NCBI GenBank assembly: GCA_963716055.1
Contig: CAVQSR010000001.1
Location: forward strand, 1,350,791 to 1,414,790
Length of the DNA stretch: 64,000 nt
Reading direction: 5' to 3'
DNA from: an uncultured Gemmatimonadales bacterium
Lineage (GTDB): Bacteria; Gemmatimonadota; Gemmatimonadetes; Gemmatimonadales; GWC2-71-9
A program made the translations under genes and the position numbers. A model generated the notes under the pieces. The model saw only the letters and a list, made by a program, of their open reading frames with translations. It was not told the DNA's origin and searched no databases. This document shows, one piece after another, positions 15,278-28,529 of this stretch (positions are counted from its first letter, which is position 1; each line of letters begins with the position of its first letter).

Positions 15278-18200
15278 TCAGTTGTTTTGCCCCCCGTTGT
15301 TGATCCAGGCGCGCACGATCTTGAGCTGGGTGGCCGTCAACTGGGGCGACGGCGCCGTGGGCATGTTGCTGCCGCATGGGGCCGGCCAGTTGATCTTCTG
15401 ATAGACGAGGCTGGTGGCTGCACTCCCCGCGACCACCAGCGTACGACCGGGGCAGGAACCGGTGCCGCTCGACGCCACGCCCACGATGTTGTTGGGGTTG
15501 CGCTGAAAGCCGTGGCATCCGGCGCAGCCGCTGGTGGACCCTACCACTGCGTTGGCATCTCCGGACCAGGTGTAGATGGCCGAAGCCGTGAAGGTGGCGC
15601 TCGTGGCGCCGGACGCCGAGGCGCTCAGCGTATTCGCCATCGTGCCGTCCGCCGCATCGGCTGACGTTCCCCCCAGGGTCCAGCTCGTGACGGTCGCGAT
15701 GCCGCTCGCATTCGTGGTCTGCGAGCCCCCGGTAACGCTCCCGCCGCCCGCGGTTGGGGTGAAGGTGACCGTCGCGCCCAGGACGGGATTGAGGAACGCG
15801 TCGCGCACCAGCGCTGACGGGCCGACCGCGACCACGGTCCCCACACGCGCCGTCTGGCCGCTGCCACCGTTCACTGCGACTGTCGCCGCCGCGGCGGCGG
15901 TGACCGTCACGCCCGCCGTCTGACTGATGTCGCCCACGCTCGTCGCCGTGCCCCGAATGGTCTTCGCCTGGGCCAGCGTCGAGTTGAAGGTCGAGCTGAA
16001 CTGTCCGGTCGCGTTCGTCGTGCCGGACGCGGGGCTGAACGCGCAGCTCGAGCCCACCGCGCAGGACACGCTCACCGCCTGGCCGGCGATCGGATTGCTG
16101 AACCCGTCCCGTACCGTCACGGTGATCACCGAGGCCGTGTTACCGCCCGTGGTGCACGAGCTGCTGCAGGCGGCGATCGAGTTGTCGCTGGCCGCCACGA
16201 GCGAATTGCTGAGGCTCACCGCTCCGGGGTTCACGACCACGGACCCGGTCGGTGTGATCGCCACGCTGCCGTTGATCGTGGCGCTGATCGTCTTGGTCTG
16301 CGCCGCGGTCGAGCTGAGGCGTCCCGCGTTGAACACGCCGCCCGCGTCCGTCGTGCCCGACGTGCCCGTGGCCGTGTTGGCCGAGCCCGACGCCGACCAG
16401 GTCACGCCCGCGCCGCTGATCGGGTTCCCGAACGCGTCCCGCACGGTGATCGTCACAGTCGCCTGCGTGCCGCCACCCGTCGTGCAGCCCGACGCGCAAG
16501 CGGTGATCGGGCCCGTCGTGGCGATGGCCGACACGGAGCCGCTCGGTGGGCCCGCGGTGCCCGTCGCGGCGAACCCCACCGGACTGCCGGTCAGCCCGGT
16601 CGCGCTCGCCTGCAACGCGTTGGGGCCCGCGCCCGTGCCCAGGGTCCAGCTGCCGACGGCGGCGATGCCGCCCGGGCCCGAAGTCGCGTTGCCGCCCGCG
16701 AGCGAGCCGCCGCCACCCGTCACCGCGAACGTCACCCCGTGGCCCTGCACGGGGTTGTTGAACGCGTCGCGTACCAGGACCGACGGCGCGACGGGCACCG
16801 CCGTGTTGACGGTCGTCGTCTGGTTGTTGCCCCCGTTGAGCGACATCTGGGTCGCGGGCCCCGCCGTGGCGCTCGCCGTGAACGTGACCGGGCTCCCCGT
16901 GAGCGCCGCGGTCGCCTGGAGCGCGTTGTTCGCGGTGCCCGCCGCCGTGCCGAGGCGCCAGCTGCCGACGGTGGCGCGGCCGTTCCCGTCCGCCGTCGGG
17001 GTCGCCGCGGTGACCACGCCGCCGCCGGCCGTCACGGCGAACGTCACGACGCTACCTCCGCGCGGGTTGCCGAACTGGTCACGCACGATCACCGCCGGGG
17101 CGACGGCGACGGTGGTGTTCACGGTGGCCGTCTGGTTGTTCCCCACGTCCAGCGCCATCTGGGTGGCGGTGCCCGCGGTCGCGGTGGCCGTGAACTGCAC
17201 GGGGGACCCGGCCAGGCCGCCGACCGACGCGGTGGCGGTTTGTGTCCCGGCGCCGGTGCCGAGCGTGCGGGTGGCCGCCGCGATGCCGCTCGCGTTGGTG
17301 GTGGACGCCGCCGGAGACACCGACCCGCCGCCGCCGGTCACCGTCCACGACACCGAGATCCCCGGGACCGGATTTGCCGCGTTGTCGGTGACGAGCACCG
17401 TGTAGGCGACGGGCAGCGTCGCGCCCACCGTGTCGGTCTGCGCGTTGCCGCCCGCGAGGGCGATGTTCGCAGCCGAGCCCGAGATTCCGGTGGCCGCGAA
17501 GGTGAGGGGCGAGCCGGCGAGGCCCGGGGCAGTGGCGGTGAGCGAGTTGGGTCCGGGCGCGGGGCCGAGGGTCCAGGATCCGATCACCGCGAGTCCGTCC
17601 GTGCCCGACACCGGGGCGGCGCCCGTGACGCTGCCGCCGCCGGACGCGACGGCGTAGCTGACCGTGATGCCCGCCACGGGGTTGTTGAACTGGTCGCCGA
17701 CGAGGACGGCGGGAGCCACGGGCAGGGTGCTGCCCGCCGTGGCGCTCTGGTTATCGCCCGCCGCCTTGCTGATCTGGGTGGCGGGGCCCGCCGTGCCCGT
17801 GGCGGTGAACGTCACGGGTGAGCCCGCGAGCCCCGTCGCCGTGGCCGTCAGCGTGTTCGCGCCGGCGCCGGTGCCGAGCCGCCAGCTCCCCACGGCGGCC
17901 ACGCCGTTGGTTCCCGTCGTCGCCGTCCCGCCGGTGAGCGACCCGCCGCCCGACGCGATGGCGAAGGTGACCCCGACGTTCGCTACGGCGTTGTTGAATT
18001 GATCGCGCACGAGGACCGCGGGGGCCACCGCGACGGTGCCGTTGACGGGCGCGGTCTGGTTGTTGCCCGCGCTCACGGTGATCTGACTCGCGTTGCCGGG
18101 CGCGGCGCTCGCGGTGAAGGTGACCGGGCTGCCGGTGAGACCGGCGGCCGTCGCCTGGAGCGTGTTGTTGTTGGTGCCGGCGGCTGTGCCGAGCGTCCAG

Positions 18201-19699
18201 CTGGTGGGCGCCGCGACGCCCGCGGGCCCGGTGGTGGCGCCGCCGCCGGCCACGCTGCCGCCGCCTGCCGTCACCTGGAAGGTCACTCCGACGTTGGCGA
18301 CGGGGTTGCCGAACTGGTCGCGCGCTACCACCGAGGGGACGACGGGCACGGCGCTGTTGACGGGAGCGGTCTGGTTGTTCCCGGCGTTCAAGGCCAGCTG
18401 GGTCGCCGCTCCGGCGGTGGCGCTGGCGGTGAACGTCACCGGGCTGCCCGTGAGGCCGGTCGCCGTCGCCTGAAGCGCGTTGTTGCTCGTGCCGGCGGTC
18501 GTGCCGAGCCGCCAGCTGCCGACCGCCGCCGTGCCGGTCGGGTCCGTGGTCGCCGTCCCACCGGTGACCGCGCCGCCCCCCGCGGTCACGGCGAACGTCA
18601 CGGTGACGTTGGGCACCGGGTTGCCGAACTGATCGCGCACGCCCACCGAGGGATTGCTGGCCACGGTGGTGTTCACGGTCGCAACCTGGCCGTTGCCGCC
18701 GTTCAGGACCATCTGCGTCGCCGCGCCCGCCGCCGCCGTCGCGACGAACGTGACGGGCGAGCCGGCGAGGCCGGCGGCGGTTGCGGTGAGCGTGTTCTGT
18801 CCGGTGGTCGTGCCCAGGGTCCAGCTGCCGACACTCGCGACGCCGGTCACGTCCGATGTGTCGACTGCGCCCGCGACGCTGCCGCCGCCCGCCGCGACGG
18901 CGAAGGTGACGACGGCCCCGGGCGCCGGGTTGCCGTACTGGTCGCGCACCATGACGGCCGGTGCCACGGGAACGGCGCTGCCGACCGGCGCGGTCTGTCC
19001 GTCACCGGTGCCGATCGCCATCGCGGCCGGCGGGCCCGCCGCGAGCGTGAACGTGACGGTGACGTGCTGCGGGCTGTTGGCGGCCCGGGGCGAGCGGACG
19101 GGGACGGTGGCGGTGTGGGCGCCCTGCGGCAGCGACCCCGTGGCGGCGGACAGGGTCAGCGTCGCCGGCGCCGTCGTGCCGCCGAGCGAGGCGGTGAGCC
19201 AGTCGAGCGGGCCGCTGCCGTAGTCGATCGGGTCGAGCGCGAGCTCGGTCAGCGCGACGCCGCCGGTGTTCGTGATGGTGACCGAATCGGTGGCGGGGTC
19301 GGGCCCGCCCGCGACGGCCGCGAAGGCCACGCTGGCGGCCGACAGGGCGATTTCCGCCGGGGACCGCACGGTGACGTCGGCCGTGGCGGTGAAGTCCCGC
19401 ACCGTGGCGGTGACGCGGGTCATGCCGACCGCGACGCCCGTGACGATGCCATCCGGGCTGATCATCACGACGGTGGAGTCGTCGGACGTCCAGGCCGTCG
19501 CGACCCCGATGAACGGCGCGCCGTTCTCGTCGCGGGCGACGGCGATGAGCACGCGCGTTTCGCCCACGCCGAGCTCGATCGCGGTGGGTGAGACGGCCAG
19601 CGAGGAGATGGCGCCGGGCCCGATCGTGTAGTCGGTGAGGCAACCGGCCACCACTGCGGCGGCGAGCGCGGCGTGCCCGGACCGGGGCCAGGGGGGCAT
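15278..19699 (-). CDS. Giant surface lipoprotein: Big_2 domain + 11 invasin/intimin-type Ig-like (Big_1-like) repeats + C-terminal PSCyt-type cytochrome-c-like domain (1473 aa)
   Basis: Lipobox AAVVAGC (Cys20). Big_2-like res ~30-112. Repeats of about 95 aa with VRDQFGNPV...GGGS..G...TT...G.A.V.SWTLGT..G.N.L.A...GL.GSPVTF. C-terminal 99 aa contain CAGCH (codons 15526..15512) and ...MPT....LT..QL.IVRAWI..G. Confidence 0.85.
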   Translation of the reverse strand: MPPWPRSGHAALAAAVVAGCLTDYTIGPGAISSLAVSPTAIELGVGETRVLIAVARDENGAPFIGVATAWTSDDSTVVMISPDGIVTGVAVGMTRVTATVRDFTATADVTVRSPAEIALSAASVAFAAVAGGPDPATDSVTITNTGGVALTELALDPIDYGSGPLDWLTASLGGTTAPATLTLSAATGSLPQGAHTATVPVRSPRAANSPQHVTVTFTLAAGPPAAMAIGTGDGQTAPVGSAVPVAPAVMVRDQYGNPAPGAVVTFAVAAGGGSVAGAVDTSDVTGVASVGSWTLGTTTGQNTLTATAAGLAGSPVTFVATAAAGAATQMVLNGGNGQVATVNTTVASNPSVGVRDQFGNPVPNVTVTFAVTAGGGAVTGGTATTDPTGTAAVGSWRLGTTAGTSNNALQATATGLTGSPVTFTASATAGAATQLALNAGNNQTAPVNSAVPVVPSVVARDQFGNPVANVGVTFQVTAGGGSVAGGGATTGPAGVAAPTSWTLGTAAGTNNNTLQATAAGLTGSPVTFTASAAPGNASQITVSAGNNQTAPVNGTVAVAPAVLVRDQFNNAVANVGVTFAIASGGGSLTGGTATTGTNGVAAVGSWRLGTGAGANTLTATATGLAGSPVTFTATGTAGPATQISKAAGDNQSATAGSTLPVAPAVLVGDQFNNPVAGITVSYAVASGGGSVTGAAPVSGTDGLAVIGSWTLGPAPGPNSLTATAPGLAGSPLTFAATGISGSAANIALAGGNAQTDTVGATLPVAYTVLVTDNAANPVPGISVSWTVTGGGGSVSPAASTTNASGIAAATRTLGTGAGTQTATASVGGLAGSPVQFTATATAGTATQMALDVGNNQTATVNTTVAVAPAVIVRDQFGNPRGGSVVTFAVTAGGGVVTAATPTADGNGRATVGSWRLGTAAGTANNALQATAALTGSPVTFTASATAGPATQMSLNGGNNQTTTVNTAVPVAPSVLVRDAFNNPVQGHGVTFAVTGGGGSLAGGNATSGPGGIAAVGSWTLGTGAGPNALQASATGLTGSPVGFAATGTAGPPSGSVSAIATTGPITACASGCTTGGGTQATVTITVRDAFGNPISGAGVTWSASGSANTATGTSGTTDAGGVFNAGRLSSTAAQTKTISATINGSVAITPTGSVVVNPGAVSLSNSLVAASDNSIAACSSSCTTGGNTASVITVTVRDGFSNPIAGQAVSVSCAVGSSCAFSPASGTTNATGQFSSTFNSTLAQAKTIRGTATSVGDISQTAGVTVTAAAAATVAVNGGSGQTARVGTVVAVGPSALVRDAFLNPVLGATVTFTPTAGGGSVTGGSQTTNASGIATVTSWTLGGTSADAADGTMANTLSASASGATSATFTASAIYTWSGDANAVVGSTSGCAGCHGFQRNPNNIVGVASSGTGSCPGRTLVVAGSAATSLVYQKINWPAPCGSNMPTAPSPQLTATQLKIVRAWINNGGQNN
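15580..19042 (-). repeat. Tandem array of about 285-300-nt coding repeats (Ig-like units) inside the lipoprotein gene
   Basis: Eleven consecutive protein repeats seen in the translation. Units 2-8 share long near-identical strings (e.g. TAGPATQ..NGGNNQT..VNT.V.VAPSVLVRD.FNNPV). Confidence 0.7.
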
Positions 19700-19703
19700 G
19701 GCG

Positions 19704-22004
<2,301 letters not shown>

Positions 22005-22094
22005 TCGGTAATCGCCCAATATACAGGCGGGCCAAGACTTGCACAGCGACGGCCATCACACGACGAGGCCCGCAGCGCGGCCGGCGCCCCGGGA

Positions 22095-23069
22095 TCACGT
22101 GGGGCCTGCGGCCTCCTGGGTGGCCACCGCGGCAGGGCCCGTGTCCCGCTCTGGGATGGTCAGGCCGGGCCGGCGGGTGGGGGTCGGGTGCGCGACCTGG
22201 ATCCAGGTGACCGCGCCCAGGATCAGGACCATGGCCGCGATCATCCGGGGCGCGATCGCCTCATCGAGCACCGCCCACCCCAGCACCACGGCGATGACGG
22301 GGTTCACGTAGGCGTAGGTGCCGACGATCGTCGGGGGCGCGTGCCGCAGGGCGTAGAAATACGCGCTGTACGCGATGATCGAGCCGAACACGATCAGGTA
22401 CGCGGTCGCGCCGATGCCGGCGGCGGTGAAGCGCCACCGGGCCGCCTCCCCGAGCGCGAGGCCGATGAGCGTGACCGCGACGCCGCCGGTCAGCATCTGC
22501 AGGCTCACAGCGACGTACGGGTTCGCGCCCGTGGCCGGCTGCCGCTTGTAATAGACGGATCCGAACGCCCAGCTGGCGCTCGCGAAGGTCAGCGCCACCG
22601 GGCCCCGGAGATCGGCCGCGAGGATCTCGCGTGGGTTGACACCCACGAGCAGCAGCGTGCCCGCGAGCCCCAGCGCGAGCCCCGCCAGCACCCGTCCGCT
22701 CGGCCGGCCGCCGCCGCCGGGCACGATCGCGTCGAACAGCGCCATCCACAGGGCCACGGTGACGACGAAGATGGACGCGACGCCCGACGGCGTGTACTGC
22801 TCCGCCCACACGACCGCCGAGTTGCCACCGAGCAGCAGGAAGAGACCCACCACGCCCTGCGTGCGCCACGTGGGCCAGTCGCGGGGCAGGCGACCGCCGA
22901 AGGCGAGCGCCAGCGCCAGCAGCAGCACGCCTGCGACCACGAAGCGGGTCCCGGCGAACAGGAACGGGGGCAGGTCCGCCACGCCGATCCTGATGGCCAG
23001 ATAGGTCGAGCCCCACAGCACGCACACAATGAGGTACGCGGCGAGGGCCTTGCCGCTCAGGACCGCCAT
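22095..23069 (-). CDS. EamA/DMT-superfamily transporter
   Basis: 324 aa with about 10 hydrophobic helices. N-terminus YLIVCVLWGSTYLAIRIGV is typical of EamA repeats. Confidence 0.85.
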   Translation of the reverse strand: MAVLSGKALAAYLIVCVLWGSTYLAIRIGVADLPPFLFAGTRFVVAGVLLLALALAFGGRLPRDWPTWRTQGVVGLFLLLGGNSAVVWAEQYTPSGVASIFVVTVALWMALFDAIVPGGGGRPSGRVLAGLALGLAGTLLLVGVNPREILAADLRGPVALTFASASWAFGSVYYKRQPATGANPYVAVSLQMLTGGVAVTLIGLALGEAARWRFTAAGIGATAYLIVFGSIIAYSAYFYALRHAPPTIVGTYAYVNPVIAVVLGWAVLDEAIAPRMIAAMVLILGAVTWIQVAHPTPTRRPGLTIPERDTGPAAVATQEAAGPT

Positions 23070-23105
23070 GTGCCGACGCCGCCTCCTTCGCGGTCAACCT
23101 GTCCT

Positions 23106-23134
23106 TTGATTGGGACACCCGAACTCGCTACTAT
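23106..23134 (+). promoter_or_regulatory. Sigma-70-type promoter TTGATT-N17-TACTAT, with the -10 ending 7 nt before the ATG (leaderless arrangement)
   Basis: TTGATT 23106-23111, 17-nt spacer, TACTAT 23129-23134, ATG at 23142. No Shine-Dalgarno is possible in the 7-nt gap. Confidence 0.4.
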
Positions 23135-23141
23135 CCGGGTC

Positions 23142-23957
23142 ATGTCCGCGCCCACCGCCCTCTCCAAACTGCGCGATGTGGTCCGCCGGTTCCCGTCGGC
23201 GCTCCTCGGGTACTCGGGCGGGGTGGATTCCGCCCTGCTGGCGGTGGTGCTGCGCCAGGAGCTCGGACCCCAGCGGATGCTCGCGGCGATCGGCCGCAGC
23301 GCTTCCTACCCCGCTGCGCAATACGCGATCGCGCGGGCTGTGGCTTCACAGTTCGACGTGCCGCTGCTCGAGGTGGCGACGCGCGAGCTCGAGGACCCGG
23401 CCTACCTCGCCAACCCCACGAACCGGTGCTTCTACTGCAAGACGGAGCTGTGGGCCAGTCTGGGCGCGGTGGCGCGCGAGCGGGGCCTCGCGGTGGTGTG
23501 CGATGGGAGCAACGCCGACGATCTCGCCCCCGGAGAGCATCGCCCAGGACACGCCGCGGGCGTCGGGGCGGGCGTGCGCAGCCCGCTCGCCGAGGTGGGA
23601 ATGACCAAGGCCGCGGTCCGGGAGGCGGCGCGGGCGCTCGACGTGCCGAGCTGGGACGCGCCGGCGGCGCCGTGTCTGTCGAGCCGGGTCCAATACGGCG
23701 TGCAGATCACCCCCGCGCGGCTGCGGCAGGTCGAGGAAGCCGAGGAGTTCCTGCGCGCGTTGGGTGTCGCCGGAGACCTCCGGGTGCGCCACCACGGCGA
23801 CCGGGCGCGCGTCGAAGTCGGGCCGGCGTGGATCGCCTTCGTCGCCACTCGGTGGGCCGAGGTCGAGGCGCGACTGCGGGCCCTCGGGTTCTCCACCGTG
23901 GAGCTCGATCCGCGGGGATACCGGCGCGGCGGTCTCCTCGCCGCCACGGGATCGTGA
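23142..23957 (+). CDS. larE: PP-loop ATP-pyrophosphatase, LarE-like (TIGR00268-type) sulfur-transferase family
   Basis: C-terminal 271 aa of the 1002-aa track ORF, from ATG 23142: LLGYSGGVDSALLA (SGGxDS PP-loop), NRCFYCK, APCLSSRVQYG. Confidence 0.75.
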   Translation: MSAPTALSKLRDVVRRFPSALLGYSGGVDSALLAVVLRQELGPQRMLAAIGRSASYPAAQYAIARAVASQFDVPLLEVATRELEDPAYLANPTNRCFYCKTELWASLGAVARERGLAVVCDGSNADDLAPGEHRPGHAAGVGAGVRSPLAEVGMTKAAVREAARALDVPSWDAPAAPCLSSRVQYGVQITPARLRQVEEAEEFLRALGVAGDLRVRHHGDRARVEVGPAWIAFVATRWAEVEARLRALGFSTVELDPRGYRRGGLLAATGS

Positions 23958-24511
23958 GGCTGTTCGTCGCGGTGAACCTGCCGGAGGCGCTGCGGGACAC
24001 GCTGTGGGCGGCGGGGGAACCCGCGCGCCGCGGGTCGCCGCCGGTGCGGTGGGTGCGCCCTGACGGGATTCACGTGACGCTGAAGTTCCTGGGCGAGGTG
24101 GCCGAAGACCGGCTGGGGGAAATGCGTGCGGCGCTGGGTCGCGCGGCCGACGGCCTGCGGCCCTTCGACCTCGTGGTCGAGGGCGGGGGGGTGTTTCCGG
24201 ATCCGGCCCGACCGCGCGTGTTCTGGGCCGGGATCGTCCCCGGGCCGCAGCTCGAGCTGTTGCAGCACGCGGTGGAGCGCGAGATCGCGCCGCTCGGATT
24301 CCCCCCGGAGGCCCGGCCGTTTCGGCCGCACCTGACGCTGGGGCGCGCCGAGCGGGGTGCGGACGCCGCGGGGCTGCGGCGCGCGGCGGAGCGAATCGCC
24401 GGCGTCCGGTTCGCGGGATCGGCGCTGGTCGAGACCGTGGACCTGATGCGCAGCACGGTGTCGCGCGACGGCGCGTCGTACGACGCCGTCCACCGCCAGC
24501 CCCTCGGATAG
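23954..24511 (+). CDS. thpR: RNA 2',3'-cyclic phosphodiesterase (2H family, ThpR/LigT)
   Basis: GTG 23954 overlaps the upstream stop (GTGA). Two HxT/S motifs, HVTLKF and HLTLGR. Confidence 0.8.
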   Translation: MRLFVAVNLPEALRDTLWAAGEPARRGSPPVRWVRPDGIHVTLKFLGEVAEDRLGEMRAALGRAADGLRPFDLVVEGGGVFPDPARPRVFWAGIVPGPQLELLQHAVEREIAPLGFPPEARPFRPHLTLGRAERGADAAGLRRAAERIAGVRFAGSALVETVDLMRSTVSRDGASYDAVHRQPLG

Positions 24512-24515
24512 CGGC

Positions 24516-25147
24516 ATGGCGCGCTTGGGTTGCCTCGTCATGCTGGGCGCCGTCGCCCTCGCGGCCTGGTGGTTCCGGGCGCCGCTGGTGCGCGGCGCCG
24601 GCGGCATGTTCGGGCGCCGGCCGCCGCTGCCGCGGATCGCCGAATCGATCGGAGCGCCGACCCCCGCCGCGGTGGCGAGCGCCCAGGCGAAGCTCGACGC
24701 CATGCACCGCGCCGGGGGACCGGACTCGGTCGTGCTGACGGCGAACGAAGTCGCCTCGTGGGTCGGCGGCGGAATCGACTGGACGGTGCGGCAGACCTTC
24801 GACTCGTTGCGCGTGGAGCTGCGCCCGGACACGCTGGTGCTCCACGCGCGGCTCGACACCCGCGCCCTGCCGCCCGAGGCCCTGGGGCCGTTCGGCGGCA
24901 TGGTCGAGCCGCGCGAGCCGCTGCGCATCGCCGGGCCGGTGTCGGTCGCGGCGCCGGGCGTGGCCGAGTTCCGGGTGAGCACCCTGGTACTGCGGGACTT
25001 CGAGTTTCCGGGCGTCGCCGTCCGGCGGATCGCCGAGCGCGTGGCCGGGGCGAACGAGAACGGCGGGTTCTTCGTGCCGATCCCCGTGGAGGCGCGCGAC
25101 CTGGCGCTGGGCCCCGGGGGACTGGTGCTCTACCGGAGTCCGCGGCG

Positions 25148-25151
<4 letters not shown>
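24516..25151 (+). CDS. Hypothetical membrane-anchored protein
   Basis: N-terminal TM MARLGCLVMLGAVALAAWWF. No known motif. Its stop overlaps the next start (ATGA). Confidence 0.5.
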
Positions 25152-26523
<1,372 letters not shown>

Positions 26524-26524
<1 letters not shown>

Positions 26525-26964
26525 TGGCGGAAAAGGAGCAGCGGCGGGACTGGGACAAGGAGCTGGCCGAGGTGGACAAGCTGCTGGCCAAGCTGCCGAA
26601 CGCCGATCCCACGCTGGGGCGGGGCGCTCCCACCCGCGCGCCGCAGGGAGCGGTGCCGGCGCCGCGGACCGGTGGCGCGCTCGGCACCTGGGTGCGCGTC
26701 GGCCTCGCGGTCGCGCTCGGCGTCGGCATGACCCTGTGGCCGTATCCCCACACCTGCGGCCTGCAGCTCGCGTACTACGCCGGCGGTGTCGGGATGCTCG
26801 TCGTCGCGGGCATCTGGGGCGCCGTGTCGTCGTGGCAACGCCACCGCGCCCTGGCCCACGTGCTGTCCCTGGCCGCGCTGTTCTGGGGGCTCGCCCTCGC
26901 TGCGGCGGTGATCCTGCCGCGCGCCGGGTACACCCAACCGGCCGCGACGTGGCTGTGCCCGTGA
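26524..26964 (+). CDS. Hypothetical membrane protein (146 aa, 3-4 TM)
   Basis: ORF-track ORF whose start overlaps the upstream stop (TGATG). Hydrophobic C-terminal two-thirds. Confidence 0.5.
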
Positions 26965-26996
26965 CGTACCACCCACCACTCACCACGCACTGAGCC

Positions 26997-28490
26997 ATGA
27001 CCACGACCTTCGAGAACTTCATCGCCGGCGAGTGGGTGGCTCCCGCGACCGGCGAGTACTTCGAGAACCGCAACCCCGCGGACTGGAACGACCTGATCGG
27101 GCGGTTTCCGCGCTCGGGGCCGGCCGACGTCGCCCGTGCGGTGGAGTCGGCCCGGCGCGGGTTCGCGCGCTGGTCCAAGACCCCCGCGCCGCTCCGCGGG
27201 CAGGTCCTCCAGCGGGTGGGCGACCTGCTCGTCCAGAAGAAGGAAGAGATCGCCCGGGCCATGACCCGCGAGATGGGCAAGGTCCTGGCCGAGACCCGGG
27301 GCGACGTGCAGGAGGGCATCGACACGGCGTTCTACGCCGCCACCGAGGGCCGGCGGCTCTTCGGCCGCGTGGTGCCCTCCGAGCTGCGGGACAAATGGGC
27401 GATGACCTACCGACGGCCGATCGGCGTCGCCGGGCTCATCACCCCGTTCAACTTCCCGATGGCGATCCCCACGTGGAAGGCGTTTCCGGCCCTGCTCTGC
27501 GGCAATGCGGTGATCTTCAAGCCGGCCGAGGACGTGCCGCACACGGCGCACCTGCTGGTCGAGATCCTGCTCGAGGCCGGGCTGCCCCCGGAGGTGATTC
27601 AGCTGCTGCACGGTCAGGGGTCGGTCGTGGGCCGGGCGGTGGTCGAGCACCCCGACGTCCCGATCATCTCGTTCACCGGCTCCACGGAGACGGGGTCGGT
27701 CATCGGGGCCACGTGCGGCCGCATGCACAAGCGCCTGTCTCTGGAGATGGGCGGCAAGAACGCCATGATCGTGCTGGACGACGCCGACCTCGACCTGGCG
27801 CTGGACGGCATCCTGTGGGGCGCGTTTGGCACGACGGGGCAGCGCTGCACGGCGACGAGCCGGCTCATCCTGCAGGCGGGCATTCACGATCGGTTTCTGC
27901 AGCAGGTCTGCGACCGGGCCGCGGCGCTGCGCCTGGGGGCGGGGCTCGAGCCGTCCACGGAGGTCGGCCCGCTGATTCACGAGGAGGCGCGCGACAAGGT
28001 GGACCAGTACGTGGGCGTGGCCCGGGACGAGGGTGCGTCCGTGGCGATCGGCGGGGCGCGGCCGTCGGGTCCGGGGCTCGCCGCCGGGTGGTTCTATCAG
28101 CCCACCGTGTTCGCCGGGGTGAAGCCCGGCATGCGGGTGGAGCAGGAGGAGATCTTCGGGCCCGCGCTCGCGGTCCTGAAGGTGCGGGACCTGGACGACG
28201 CGATCCGCGTCAATAACGGCGTGAAGTACGGCCTGTCGAGCGCGCTCTACACGCGGGACGTGAACGCCGCCTTCCGGGCGATGACCGATCTCGATAACGG
28301 CATCACCTACGTGAACGCGCCGACCATCGGCGCCGAGGCGCATCTGCCGTTCGGCGGGGTGAAGCAGACGGGGAACGGTCACCGCGAGGGGGGCTGGGAG
28401 GTCTACGACTTCTACTCGGAGACCAAGGTCCTCTACGTGGACTACTCCGGCACCCTGCAGCGGGCGCAGATCGACACCTACGGCGGATAG
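26997..28490 (+). CDS. NAD(P)+-dependent aldehyde dehydrogenase
   Basis: 497 aa. ALDH signatures FTGSTETG, LEMGGKN and GQRCTA (catalytic Cys), EEIFGP. Confidence 0.9.
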   Translation: MTTTFENFIAGEWVAPATGEYFENRNPADWNDLIGRFPRSGPADVARAVESARRGFARWSKTPAPLRGQVLQRVGDLLVQKKEEIARAMTREMGKVLAETRGDVQEGIDTAFYAATEGRRLFGRVVPSELRDKWAMTYRRPIGVAGLITPFNFPMAIPTWKAFPALLCGNAVIFKPAEDVPHTAHLLVEILLEAGLPPEVIQLLHGQGSVVGRAVVEHPDVPIISFTGSTETGSVIGATCGRMHKRLSLEMGGKNAMIVLDDADLDLALDGILWGAFGTTGQRCTATSRLILQAGIHDRFLQQVCDRAAALRLGAGLEPSTEVGPLIHEEARDKVDQYVGVARDEGASVAIGGARPSGPGLAAGWFYQPTVFAGVKPGMRVEQEEIFGPALAVLKVRDLDDAIRVNNGVKYGLSSALYTRDVNAAFRAMTDLDNGITYVNAPTIGAEAHLPFGGVKQTGNGHREGGWEVYDFYSETKVLYVDYSGTLQRAQIDTYGG

Positions 28491-28529
28491 CCGGGGGGGC
28501 CGGCACCTCGGAGCCCGCGGGCAGCGGAG

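Noticed and set aside
15927-19591. 492-aa and 530-aa plus-strand ORFs (15927..17405, 17999..19591) and several 100-360-aa ORFs
   Set aside because: Antisense or off-frame to the Ig-repeat lipoprotein gene. Their internal repetition simply mirrors the coding repeats.
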